Part shown: positions 12,934 to 34,022 of the stretch, in pieces
Numbering within the stretch: position 1 is the stretch's first letter
Layout of the letters: every line of letters starts with the position of its first letter
Assembly: GCA_017499595.2 (NCBI GenBank)
Contig: CM038998.1
Location: 2,604,001 to 2,668,000 of the forward strand
Source: Psilocybe cubensis
Taxonomy: Eukaryota
Direction of reading: 5' to 3'
DNA length: 64,000 nucleotides
The notes under the pieces: model-generated
Database searches by the model: none
What the model was told of the DNA's origin: nothing
Seen by the model: only the letters and a program-made list of their open reading frames with translations
Translations under genes and position numbers: made by a program

Positions 12934-14411
12934 TTAAGTAGATGAGATTAACAGGGGAGAGCAGTCACGCCGCGTTTCATGTTGTGTTACGCGTTATTAA
13001 TAGCCCCATACACACGCTGTCATCCGTTGCTACACGGCGGGACCTAAGACTGCGTCAAATCGGAGTCAACCAGACTGCTGCCGGTCGGAGTCTACGACTT
13101 GTGGTTGACCGGAGTTTGTCACCGATTATTCTCTATTTCCAAACTTGGGTATTACAAGAAAATAACACATGAAATTTCTGAAGTCTGGCTGAAACCGCGT
13201 CAATTCAAAGTTTATTTCTTCAGTCTAACTTGAGTAAACCGTGACTCCAGTTTTCCACGCACAATCCAAGTTGACGTCTGTTTGGCAACAAAATACCAAG
13301 TTTCGGGAATTATCGTGTGTCAACGGTTGTCACCCGACGTCGAAGTCTCTGCCATTCCCTCACTTTTTTGCCTCTGTCAATGGCACTGTTTGCCCTTGAG
13401 TAGGCTTTTTCTGAGACACGCTTGATGCTGGCGTGAAACCCGTGCATGTCAGAAAGATCTGACCTCCTGATTTGTAGGAGTGCGCTGAGCAGTGCAGGGT
13501 TTTTTTTGGAAACACTGGCCGGTCTGTGGCCTCATTCTTTGTTTTGTGTATTTCCTCGTCTTTCCTTCCTCAAGAATTCGCCCAAAAAGTAAGTCGGTTT
13601 GCTCGAATAAAGAGCTTGTGCTGACACCAAACTTACAGGGACATCTAGCACTTAGCTTTGCAAGGATACGACGGAGTCCATGCGGCACGATTGGCACTAC
13701 ACTCAAGAGCCCAGAGTGGTACGTATTCCCAAATTCTTCATACGGCGTTGTCTGAGTTAGCTCTTGAACAGGTCACGTAGTACAACAGAGGAGGGTACGT
13801 GCCAGCTGGAATGCTTGAGCGAGGACAGGATGGTGGAGCCGGTGGCCACAGTAGTGATTACTGGGTGATAGTTCTACTTTTTTTAGACACTCTTTTTGTG
13901 TTCCACCTATTTTACCATGTATCATTTTATTCCAACCGCTGTATCTATAAAACTGCAGTATCGAGCGAGATTTCTACACCCAATAATGCGTGCACCCCTC
14001 GAAAAAACGAGTGCTTGAAAAGGAAATGCTAAACTCAGGTATTTCCAAGTCTTTGCAGACTCCAAAAATTCCGTGTTTAAAACCGAAGTCTGCCACATAG
14101 GACATGCGGTAAACCCATGACCACATGGGTCAACACCAAGTCACCCAGACTTGGAATTTCCAATGGGTAGCATTCCTGGGTTTGTCCCTAGTTTGCCTCC
14201 GGTTTGACTGCAGTCCCCGTGACTTAGTTCAGACCTCGACAACCGGACGGCTGTGTATTCATCATTGCACAAATAGCGCCCACCTCTTCTTTTCTTCCCT
14301 TTTACCTCTTTCTTCCTTTCCGCTTCCCTTGGTTTCGTTGGCTCTGAGCTCATCTGCTTGACGCGTTCTTTCATTCGTTAAACAACTTTTCTTGTTTCTA
14401 TATCGCTAGCG

Positions 14412-15895
14412 ATGTTTGCTTTCTCTTTGGGCCTGGCTCTTCTGCCCTTCATCTCTGCTAAAGTCATCGACATCCAAGTCGGACAGAATGGACTGACCTA
14501 CTCTCCCGAGGCAATTGTGAGTCTTTCGAGCAACTCCAGCTGCGTTCCGTAGGCTCATTCTTTTCTAGTCGGCTGTACCAGGCGATCAAGTTGTTTTCCA
14601 TTTCCATGCCAAAAACCACACGGTCACCCAGTCCTCGTTCGCCGACCCTTGTGGAAAGAAAGACGGCGGAATCAACTCTGGCTTGTATGTCCACAGTCTC
14701 TCCACCTTTTCCCTTCATCTCATATCCTCGTAGCCAGCCTGTTGCGGCCAATCAGACCGACAATCTTCCAACTTTCACTGTCACCGTCAATGATGTACGC
14801 TCCATCTCTCACAATTTTATTCCCACTTATATTTTCCTAGACCCAACCGGTCTGGATCTACTGTGCTCAGGCTGCCAAGACGCCTGCAAGCCATTGCGGT
14901 GCTGGAATGGTCTTTGCCATCAACTGTGGTGCTGATGGTGCCCCCAACTCTTTCACAAATTTCAAGAAAGCTGCTCTTGCCGTTGGTGCCAGTCTCTCAG
15001 CTGCCGCTGCAACTCCCGTATCCACCCCCGCTGATGCTGCCACTGCATGGACAACTGCTGCTTATGGTGACTACACCATCCCCCCAGCTCCTGCCGCAAC
15101 CCAGGTCACCCAAGTCATTACCCTCGGTTCCACTTCTACCTGGACCACCACTTATGCCTCCTACCCCGGTTCTCCTGCTGCAACACCCGCTTCCGCAGAG
15201 GGCGCTGTCCACACTGTGACAGTGGGCGCCAACGGTCAACTCGCATTCGACCCACCATTCATTTCTGCCGCTCCCCGCGACACTATCGTTTTCGAGTTGT
15301 AAGTCTATCAAGAAAAATACATGAATCTAAAACTCACAACGTTGTGTAGCCACCAGAAGAACCATACCGTCACCCAGTCCTCCTTCGATGACCCCTGCCG
15401 CAAGCTTAACGCCAATGGTGTCACCGGTTTTGACTCTGGCTTCATGCCCGTTGCCGCTGACGCGACCTCTTTCCCAACCTGGAACTACACCGTCACCGAC
15501 ACTGCTCCCGTTTGGGCATATGTAAATATCCAATCCTAGCCATCTAAAGACAACCAACTTACAGTTCTTGTGCACAGTGCCGTCAGCAGACTCCTGCCAG
15601 CCACTGCGGTCAAGGAATGGTGTTGTAAGTGACTGTATGTCAATACCCTATAACCTTGGGACTCAAAAAAAGTTTTTTCAACAGCGCTATCAACTCTGTC
15701 GAGACTTCTGCTCGCAATTTCTCGGCTTTCCAGAATGTGGCCAAAGCTCTCAACGGAACATCTCTTGCAGTCACTTCAAACACTACCACCAGCGGAAACA
15801 ACGGTAACAACTCTAGCGGAGCGTTGTCCGTCAGTGTTGGAAGTGTCGCCGGTCTTTCATTGTTCGTTGCCGCTCTCATTGGCACCTTCCTGTAA
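14412..15895 (+). CDS. Secreted, probably GPI-anchored tandem cupredoxin-domain protein
   Basis: Signal peptide MFAFSLGLALLPFISA. Two repeats of KNHTVTQSSFxDPC … W.YC.Q….SHCGxGMVFAIN. Ser/Asn-rich linker and hydrophobic tail GALSVSVGSVAGLSLFVAALIGTFL*. Confidence 0.85.
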
Positions 15896-16199
15896 TTGCA
15901 TATGGTACCACTGTGTGGTCCATTCACGTAACGTTCCTCATGAGCACCTTTAGATGACAGAGCTAGTTCTCGAACATTTTAGCAGATTTTACTACTTTTA
16001 CTCCAATCTGGACTATGTTGAACATACCCGCATTTTTTAATTACATATACCCGGTATACGTCTTGAGATGAATTTACACCCTAATATAAAATGTGGTGAG
16101 TATATACGTGAATTATAACAAAGCAAACGGTGATACAAAAAGACACAATGAACACAAGGAATAACACATGATGAATTTGACAGGCCACTATTGGATTCA

Positions 16200-17959
<1,760 letters not shown>

Positions 17960-18172
17960 TTTAGAAAGCGCTGTCAACGTCGGGGATTTTTTTCAAAGTT
18001 CTTGCTCAACGCGGCTAACAGCGCGAACATAATCCTAAATTTGCAATGCCGCTGAACTTGAAATTTCGGATATAGCCGTAACCTTAATTGTTTGTATATA
18101 CAGTCCACACTCATCATATCGGTAGGCTCTACAGCACACCCTCCCGTCGTCCGTCCTCAAGAACCCTCTCCA

Positions 18173-18782
18173 ATGGTAAATATTCATGAGCAACCGCTTT
18201 GCTGAGTTACCTTCTCAGTAGGCTAACGCTCTTTTCTCCTCGATAGGCCCCCAAAGTCGCTGCCTCCAAGAATGCTGCCACTAAGCACAAATTTGTGATC
18301 GACTACTCGAAGCCCGCCGCTGACTCTGTCTTTGACGGTGCTGATTTCGAGAAGTTCCTCCACGACCGCATCAAGGTTGAGGGCAAGGCTGGTCAGCTTG
18401 GTGACAACGTTAAGATCGTCCGTGATGGTGAGTGGTGCACCTTATTTTCCGTATTAACAGGATCACTGAGGTTGAAGATTACGCATAGGCAACACCAAGA
18501 TCACCGTGACCTCCAACATCCCCTTCTCCAAAAGGTACCTCAAGTATCTTACCAAAAAGTTCTTGAAGAAGAACTCTCTCCGTGACTGGATTCGGTGAGT
18601 TTGATTTCCCTTGTATTATCCTTTGCATGTAGCTCAATCATTATTTATAAAGTGTCGTTGCTTCATCGAAAGACAACTATCAGCTCCGCTTCTACAATAT
18701 TGCGTAAGCTTTACTTCATCTTTTTTTACCTTTTACTTATTCCCCCGTCAGTGGTGCTGGAGAGGATGAGGACGAGGAGTAA
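18173..18782 (+). CDS. RPL22: 60S ribosomal protein eL22
   Basis: ATG|GTAAAT intron, then [47 protein letters not shown]…[24 protein letters not shown]…YQLRFYNI…EDEDEE*. Confidence 0.95.
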
Positions 18783-19140
18783 ATTTTCGGCAGTTATGTT
18801 GATTATTTGTTACGGCGACGACTAGCATTATTTTAGACGGTTATATATTGTTGATTGCAATCAATATCCGTCTAATAAGCACTCATTTTGTTCCGACCAT
18901 GGGATTCTGTGTGAATAAATGACCATACACGTCGCAGTATATCCAACAACAAAACTTCTACAGAATCTACAGCTGCTCGGTCAGTTCTTAAAATATTAAT
19001 ATTGCGTTTTCCTCATGTTTATGGCAATGATGAGCTGAAACAGGCTTGAACTACTTACGGATACACGAAGCAATATATGACCTACGGAATGGGACATATG
19101 GCACAGGTTGGTACCTGGAGATTAGGACAGCTTGGTGTCG

Positions 19141-22100
19141 CTATCTAATTCCTATGGCCGCTCCGTCATTTTCTGATACAAGTTTTATCCTGCTGAGTGC
19201 TAGCAATCCGAGCTCCATCCATTTCGACTGTGAGTCTGTAAGTACCTTTCCTTCGTATTGTCGTGCGAGTAGACTCGTCAGTCTCTCTCGAAGAATTTTG
19301 AGAGCAATGCTGGTTTTCGGAGATGTGCATACCTTGATCTTGCGATCAATATAGATGGTGTCAGCAGCAAGCTGTGTGTAGGTGCGTAAGTATTGGGTTA
19401 TTGGCAGTTGAATTGAAAATACTACACTGACCTTGAAGTCTGCTTCTCCGCACAGCAAAAGCATGGAAAGGTCGTCGACAGGCGCTGTTTCCCAAGCATA
19501 CAGTTTCTTAGAATGCCTGAAACGCAATTAGTATCTCAAGGATGTCACAGCGTGCCCTACGTACATCAGCGTGAAATATGTCAGGTGGTTAACTCCAAAA
19601 TCGATTGGGTTCCTGCCAAAATTAACCGACGAGGGATGGAACATAGCGTGTTGATTGTTGGTGATGGTACGCAGTTGCCCATTCTTCTGATCCACTGATA
19701 AAATTTTGGGATAAAGTCCTGCTGCTAGAGCAGCATGAACCAGTGTAGGCTTGTCCGAGTTTGCATCCAGTTCTGATGGAATTAGAACAAAGCGCGTACG
19801 ATTGCGTGAAAACCGGGCGCTAACCATTTACCTTAGGAAGATGGTCAGAAGAGTATATAGGATACAGACTCACCGACTTAATTCGCGAATAATAGACTTA
19901 TCAACCTGAATAAATCCGGAGTCAATGAGGTACCTACACATAATGTATACATATGTTAGCACAATAATAAAACAAACACATTAGCAAAATTTGCACCCTA
20001 AAAATTGTTGGCGGAGGTCTTCAATCTGTAGTAGATTCTGATTCCATTCATGTCAGTGTAATCAAAGGACACGGATAGCTAACACGGTAATAGATATACC
20101 TGGTGGCTCAAGAAATATTTGCGACAAAACTTCCTTGCAAAATTAGGATCTGCACATGATGTGCGCCAACTGGAAAAGGCGTTATGGATAGTCAAAAAAT
20201 CCGAGTTTTCTGTGTCACCAATTCAGTGGGTAAGAAATTTGACAGCGACATAAAACAAACCAATGCGAAATGAATTTCTGGCTCTATCTGCATCATGCTC
20301 TAAACCGAAAGGGGCGACAAAGGGCGATTTAGAATTCAGTGTAGCGGCGATGGTAAGAGCGGGATCAAGACAACGAAACAACGTCGAAATTAACAAAAAT
20401 TTTCCGAGATGGACGTCTGTCGGTAATTTGCTCAACAACCTCCCCATAGGGGTGATCTCCTCAGAAGGTGTCAAGGCTCGGACCTACGAATGTTGTAGGT
20501 CAGCCATATAGAATTTGGTCTAGCATGCAGTATATTGACCTCGATGAGCATCGAGACTGCTCGCTGGACATTGATAGAAATAGGTGGATCAAGGGCACGA
20601 GCGAGGACATCCTCTATTGAAGATCCAAGCTTGACTTTCATGATTTTGATTCGGAGAGCAAGATCTGATAAACTAAGTCTCATCATTTCAGGGAGAGGAC
20701 TTTCGGCCATCTGAACAGATAATACTATGAATTAGTATGTCAGAGAAACATTGACAAAAGGAATCATACCTGTGTTTCATGCCGAATTCGTGTGAACAGA
20801 TGAAAGCAAAGTCCACTTTGAACGCGACCTGCACGACCACGTCTTTGCGCAGCGTTGCTTCGAGAAATAAAAGTCTCAACTAGCCGACTGATCTGTCGCT
20901 TTTCATCAAATCTACGTGCTATAAGCAGAAGCCGGAACACATAATTTGCATAAAGATCCCTGACCTCATTTCACGATGCTTTCCCGTATCAATCACACAT
21001 GTAATGTCCGGTATTGTGATTCCTGTTTCAGCAATGTTGGTCGCTGGAAAGAAATTTGTTAGCATTGAAAGAGCACATAAATTAAGGAGAATTACCAATG
21101 ACAATTTTGCGAATTCCTGGAGGTGGAACGTCAAACACTGCTCCTTGAGATTCGCTTGATAGTGTTGAATGAAGAGGATAAATCCTAAATTCACTTGAAC
21201 CAAAGAAGGCGTGTTCGACGAGGGTATCGTTCAGCCGACGTATTTCACCCAAACCCGGCATGAAAATCAAAATAGCTGGTGAGAAGGGCCGGTACACATA
21301 ATTTTCAAAACATATGACCTCCAAGAGCCTAATAATAAGGTCATATGGAATCAATCGTTCATCGATAGTATTTAGTGTCGCGACTGTTTCAGTGGAATAG
21401 CGTTTTTCTAGTTTGACCGTATTGTTTTTGCTGTCGCTCAGTTCGTCATCTTCATCATCTATAGTGGGTGCATCCTCTGTCCATTCCGACCTATTCTTTC
21501 CTTTATAATATTTGTCATGGACTTGAGAAAGCAGACAGAAGCGAAAGTCAGAAAGCTGATACAACAAGGTGCTTTTTTGTCGCTCACGTCGTCTTGCATA
21601 AGGAGAATTGTCAGAGATTGACCACTTTGTGCATTCAATTGCGTCTTCAAGATATTTCACATCAACAGGGAAGGTACGCCCAGGAACCTGAAGAATTTCG
21701 CAATTCCCGAAGTAACTTGATATCTTTTCCGCATCCAGCGTTGCAGACATCAAGACAACCCTGAGTTGTAGTAAGAAGGAGGACGCAATTAAGGTTAAAG
21801 AAGAAACTCACTTCAGGTCAGGCCTCTCGATTAGCAATGACTTTAGGACAATCAATAAAAAATCGGATTCAATAGTGCGTTCATGGACCTAAATAATAGA
21901 AATTAAACACTTTCTGGACCCAAAACAGGTTAAACTCGCCTCGTCAATAATGAGATGCTGTAACATGTAGTGTCAGCTTGAGAATAAAGAGTTGAATATT
22001 AAAGCATACCGTGATTTCATCGAATGCAGTCCCGCTTCCGCCTTGTCCGCTTCCGCCTTCAAGCATTCTTAAAGCGATACCATTGGTAACAAAAGCTAAC

Positions 22101-24781
22101 CGGGTATTTCGACAAATATTGCTCTCCAATCTTATCGAATAGCCGACAAGAGAATTATTCGTCCCAACAGAATTCGGAGGATCGCAGAGTTCGTATGATA
22201 CGCCTGAATAAAAACCGTTATTTATATGAAAACACTTTTTCGAAAAAAGCCACAAACGTTGCGCCAATGATATGGCTGAAATTCTCCTAGGTTCGGTGCA
22301 ATATATCTTGCAAGGTTTTCCCTTTGACATATGATCCTCTAGAATGAATGAAGGAACCTGAGTTGATTTCCCACTATCGATGATGTGAATGATAAGGTGA
22401 GGAAGATGTACACATGCACCAACCATCCAGTTTCGCCACTTAGAACAAGAACTTGTGAATATGCAAGGATTTCAACTATACGATCACGAAATCGTGCAAT
22501 TGGCAGGTCATTCCTGCGAGACTAAAACCCGAAGATATGAATAACTTGACAATATAAAAATGGTAAAAACCCACGAGCATTTCTTGGTAAGCAGTAGTTT
22601 GCTGCCGAGCTTGAAACGCAAGGGAAAGGGAATCAAAGTGATCCTTATTGTCAAGAGGGTTACGAATTAATCCCGACAAAGGCTTTCCAGATGATGTTTT
22701 TTGTTGCTTTTGTAAATGCTGTCGTATGTGTGGTCAGAAAAGTCGACAATTAGGAACGTACTTGGCAAACCTTTGAATCTCTTTGAATTTTATCCTCCAT
22801 GATAGAAAGCAGTTTGGACCATATCTGCCTATTGATAGCATCATCTCTGGCTTTCCTCGATATTTCCATTTCGTCCCAGAGATCTCGATACACAGCCGGC
22901 AGTAATCTGAATGAAGTAGAACTACTTGCATTTGCAGGAATGGAGGGAATGAATCCTTCTGCCAAAGGATGCGTTAATGAATGAAGGGCGACTGCTGCTA
23001 TATATTGCTCTGCCTGAGAGTCCTCAGAGCATGCTACGTCATCCATAATCCATTCGTCCCTTTTTTTGTTTTGCCATGAGATACTGACACTTGCTCGTCT
23101 CGCTCGCGAATGGTCTGAAAGGGTTGTATAAGATATAGCAGCATATCGGTCCATTTTGGTCACCAAATCCCGAAGCATAGTTTTAGGCATTGGTCCCGAC
23201 CAATGTTTAGGCACAGTCATATCCCGCAGACAGAAAGTAACACCTTTGATATTAATTTCAGTGGCATTTGGGTCCTCAAGAATCCCTAACATTCCGATCG
23301 AATCATCAGTATCATTGCCGTCGTCCACAATGTTACTGCCTTTGCTGGGCTTCGTGGTATGTGGTTTTTTGTCTCGCGATTTCGATGGCTCTGAGAGATC
23401 TGTGCCCGAAAGACGAAGCCGTTCATTTAATAGCTGCTGATCGATTTTGTTGCGCTCTTCCTTGTACCGTAGAAATGCATCCTTTTCGTCGAAGAGGTAA
23501 TCTTGAGCAACTTTATTCAACCTGTCTCGTAATTGTTTCAGCTGTTCCTGTCTGAGCTGCGATTGCGGGTTCGAGGATATTTCATCAAGCTTGAGTTTGA
23601 GGCGAACATAGGCCAAGGTAGGATCATTGTCGAACTCGTCGTCAGACCCTGTTCCTTCAGAACTCGTCGTGTATTCATCCGTGGGGGGAGTTTTAGGTTT
23701 GTCCATCACAACTAAGTCGTCAGGGTTTTCGGCACTATTTGAATTCGAAATATTTACACCGCCTGTGCTCGATGGACTTTGATTGACAACTGGTTTGGAG
23801 TGATATAGAGGTACTTGTTCAATTCGAGGTGTAGGTGGAGGTGTAACATTCTTTCGGAAAGTCACACCACTAGGCAGCTTGAACGTAGCAGATATTTGAG
23901 ATTCTGTTCTGCCTAAAGAACGAAAATTAGAAGGCACAAGAGAGTGAGCATATTGTCCAAACCGAAAGGGAGCTCTTCTTCTGAGCAATGCAGGTAAAGC
24001 TAGGAGATAGCATTATGGGGATAAACTCAAGACATGAAAGCGGACAACGTACCCAGTCGAATGCTTCGTCTAGTTCAACGCCGCTAATACTTCTTAAACA
24101 TTCATCAACGCGCTCTTCTGTAAAACCTAATCTTCTTAGTACCCCATAGCTGATACTAAGTCTAGAAAGTGTTTTCTCTTCTGAGTCTTCGACTGTTTTT
24201 TGACCTTGATAGATTGTGTTTAGACATAGGGATATAACGAAAAGTTAAACACCACACCTTCGGAGATTTCACTATTCAAAGAGATGTCCAACAATTTGTC
24301 CCGCAATAGGGGATCTATGTCCAGTCGAGGTAGCGTTTGTGAATATCGTCGATCCACTTCGATAGACTAGTCAAGTTTGCCATTGACAATATTGTATAAG
24401 TATCGATGCTTGTCTGCAATAGGTGGCAATACCTTCAAAGTCCTATTTCACCGTAGGTACGCACAAAAGTCAATCAAGGAAAATGTAATTGATAAGGAGC
24501 GCTCACCTAGATACCTCTCTCTCCGTTTTATCTTGGTGTCGATCAACAAGGTTTTGCAAATCCACTTCCTCAGATGAAATTATACTTGATGTCTCCTTCT
24601 CCACTGGTTCAATACGTTGCGTAATTTTTCCATCGTCATCTTCACCAAACGTGTTAACGGAAGCCTCGATTGAAGGCCTTTCGACTTCAGCAATATCCCC
24701 TGAAACAACTTTCTTTGGAAGCGAGGTGGTGGTAAATCCTCGAGCAACGGGCTTGAGTTGAGTCTTCTTCTTCTTTGCCAT
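19141..24781 (-). CDS. DEAH/RHA ATP-dependent RNA helicase, DHX29/DHX57-like
   Basis: N-terminus [20 protein letters not shown]. Motifs [65 protein letters not shown], then HA2 and OB regions. The 3' end is approximate. Confidence 0.9.
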
Positions 24782-25193
24782 GGCTAAACAGTCCCAAGAG
24801 AGTGCTTGTATTCTCTACGATTGTGATCGTTTGTTGAGATCGAATATTTTTAACCTGTAAAACGTGGGTTGGATGAATTACGGTAAAGCAGAGCAAGTGG
24901 TATAAAGCAATGAAGGCGTAAAGAGTGAGTCGGAGGAAACATGAGCGGAATCAAATGAATGAATTGTTGCAGATCCGTTGTTGTATGACTCCGCTTTTGT
25001 GGTGTGACATTTCGAGTTGGTCAAAATGAAGTGCGCAAGCTAGATAGAACATTATTATAAAAGCTCAACTACATAGATACAGTAATAATACTTTGACATA
25101 AAAAGTTCGAAGGTAATAGTATAATCATCGTACAAGAGGGGGAAAATCTAAGTAACTAAATATGCAAACCAGAGGTTTCCTGGAGGGCCATCA

Positions 25194-30805
<5,612 letters not shown>

Positions 30806-31307
30806 GACGAGCAAAGAAGTCTTGCCCGCCTCGTGGGATCAAGGACGGGCTATGACAGCACACAGAGATTGTCTAGAAGATGAATGAGGACGAATGGGGG
30901 AATATGAGATGGAATATGCAAGATGAGAACGAGAATAAGGAAAAAAGAAAAGAATGATACCCCGGTGGAATAAGTGGGAATGAGTGCTGTCAGTGACAAG
31001 GAACGAGTTCAAACTGATACGGCAATAATGAAACTCTCTGATCTTTGCACATTTTTACATTTGGTCGCTCTCGTAAACTGGAAAAGGAAACAACACATTT
31101 CACTCCTCCCAAGCTTCTCCGCCAAGGCCTCTCCTTTCTCTACCCTGTATCTTTGACACTCTGTCCTGACCAGCAGCTCTCTTTCAACTGACATACATTC
31201 TGTATTATACTTGTAACACTCGTCCACGTAGTCTCTCAACCCATCACTCAATATACGTAAATAACTAGAAGGTTGCATGACTTTCCCTTTTTGGATGACT
31301 CAACTTC

Positions 31308-33643
31308 TTAATTGTCAGGGTGCAACATCAACTCCGGTCGAACTTTCTGGTCGAATTCCTCTGGCGTCAGGAATCCAAGTGCCACTGTCGCCTCTTTCAG
31401 TGTCGTTCCCTCTTTGTGCGCCTTCTTGGCGCATTTTGCTACGTCTATGAATCACACACGTGGTTAGCGTTCGCCGACTCGGTCGATGCTGACAATACTC
31501 ACTGTCGTAGCCTAGATGACTGTTTAGAATGGTAGCAAGCATCAATGACTCGTTAAGTAGGTTGTTGATACGCTTCTCGTTCGCTTGAATGCCAACAACA
31601 CAGTTCTTTGTAAACGATCGAGACCCTTATGAATGCTCACGATCAACAAAGACATCAAATATCAATTGTGATATAAACACACCATCCGCGAGCAAACGAA
31701 TGCTTTGGAGCACATTTTTGGCAATCACAGGTTTGAATACGTTCAACTGGTTTGCTTTGAGAATCGTTTACAATGAGAGAAACATGGCTTTTTCTTACCT
31801 CGAATTGTCCACTAGCACCGGCGACGCTCACAGTAGTCTGATTACCCATCACCTGTGCTGCAACCATGGTGAGGGCCTCGCACTGAGTAGGGTTAACTTT
31901 TCCCGGCATAATACTGCTTCCGGGTTCATTTTCTGGTAGGCTCAATTCACCTAGTCCACAACGGGGGCCGGAGCCTAGATATCGGATATCGTTGGCAATT
32001 TTCATCAATGAACAAGCCACAACATTCAGTGCGCCGTGAGCTTCGACAAGAGCGTCATGCGCAGCGAGGGCTTCAAACTTGATTGTGGGGTCAGTAACGC
32101 GTGTACATGGTTTAAAGGAGTGAGCAAAATGACCTTATTGGGAGCAGTTATAAATTGTATGCCGGTAATTTTGGAAATTTCAGCGGCAACTTTGACGTCG
32201 AATCCTTTTTTTGTGTTAAGGCCCTGAATTGATTATTAGATATGAAAGATAAATTGTTAATAATTGCCCACAGTTCCAACTGCGGTTCCTCCCTGGGCAA
32301 GACATCGCAGTCTTGGAAGCGTGTCTTTCACACGTTCGATGCCATTGGCAACTTGTTGAACATAGCCACTAAATTCTTGACCAAGCGTTAATGGGGTAGC
32401 ATCCTAAATCTACATTAGCATGAGCACAAATGTAAAATCAATGTATTATATCTACCTGCAAATGCGTGCGTCCAATTTTGATAATATGATCAAATGCCTT
32501 TGCCTTTTCTTGCAAAGCTTGGTGGAGTTCAGTCAAAGCAGGTAGCAAGTTGTTGCTGATCTCCGTTACTACAGCAATGTGCATGACGGTAGGGAAGCTG
32601 TATACGGGTGAGCAAAAAGCTAGCAACAAGATTCATCTAACTCACGAATCGTTACTACTTTGACTCATGTTAACATGGTCATTGGGGTGGACGGGAGTCT
32701 TAGATCCAAGCTGGCCTCCAAGAATTTCGATGGCCCTGTTGGAAATAACCTTGCGCAAGAAGTTGAGGATCAGTCGTGGAGACCGGAAAAATGGAAACTC
32801 AATGCACCTCGTTGGTGTTCATATTGCTTTGGGTTCCGCTTCCGGTTTGGAACACAACCAAAGGGAAATGATCCGCTAATTTACCAGATATCACCTTAAA
32901 AATGCATGAATGTAACTGGAAAACCTGAAATGAAATTTTGTACCTCGTCGGCTGCGGTCTGGATAGCCTCGCCAATTTTACGGTCCAGTCCATATTCGAC
33001 ATTGACGACTGAAGCTGCCTTCTTCAAGACACCAAACGCTTTTATCAAGGGAAGGGGTAATCGCTCAGCGGGTCCACCAATGTCAAAATTCTGCAGAGAC
33101 CTATTAACAACGTCAATGAAATGTTGATATCGTTCAGCGAAGACTACTGGCCTCTGAGTTTGAGCACCCCAATACTTGTCTGCAGGGACCTGGAGGTCAC
33201 CGAATGTATCCTTTTCCACGCGAAAGTTGTTCGAAGACTGCGGGACAATCAATTTAAAAGACACAGTTTATACAAATTGAACATACCATGGTGAATCTGG
33301 AAGAGGAAAAGGATCTATATCCTCCATATCCCTTTCCTGGACGAATTGTTATTGAGCGTGAAACCTGAAGCAGCGGTACAGTTTATCACGTGTATTCCCT
33401 CAAACGAAGCTATGACGAACAGAAAGCTTACATTCAAGGCAGGGCAAAGCCGCGAGACCATGGCGGACGTAATTGCTCTCAAAGAAAGGATGTTAGATTT
33501 GAAGCGAAGCGACGCGATTAGATTCGTCCGAAGCTAATGAAGTGACAGCAAACGTTGAGTCTTGAGGAACACATCACTAAATGAACACAGAAACACGACG
33601 GTGATTACCGGCTTGAGAACCCGATCTGCCCCGTAATTACCAT
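31308..33643 (-). CDS. FUM1: Fumarate hydratase class II with mitochondrial presequence
   Basis: [40 protein letters not shown], signature [15 protein letters not shown]. Ends [10 protein letters not shown]. Presequence exons 33643-33641, 33533-33432, 33364-33287. Confidence 0.95.
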
Positions 33644-34022
33644 GAAATTGCAGGACTGCGATGTACTTCTTGGTTCAGTGCACAGACACGACTTCGAAGG
33701 GAACGACTTTTTATTGCACGCTAACCAGTCTGGCTTCACATATACCAAAACTCAGAGCTGTGCCAAACAGTGTTATTTCGCTTCAAAGTCAACGGAACCA
33801 AAAAGTGCGTCACCGTGAACAACTGGGATTTGATTGCCAGTCCACACACGCGCGACTTAGTAACCGAACATCTTATCAGATAATCAATCATGTCTGGGGT
33901 AACCAAATTGGGAATCACGTGTAAACGGAATACCGGGGTGGAGAAAGAACGGATCCCGAGAGTATTAAGTCCACTGCTTCATATCCACCTTTTCGAAACT
34001 TTGAATCTAATACGCACTCTTC

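Noticed and set aside
13381..13500. CTGAGA-containing stretch considered as a TPP riboswitch
   Set aside because: It lacks the downstream conserved TGAT..GGxTAATxCC.GCG elements and there is no adjacent thiamine gene.
13449..14374. ORFs of 77-87 aa in the MAPK-cupredoxin spacer
   Set aside because: They overlap on both strands and have no motifs, consistent with chance ORFs in promoter DNA.
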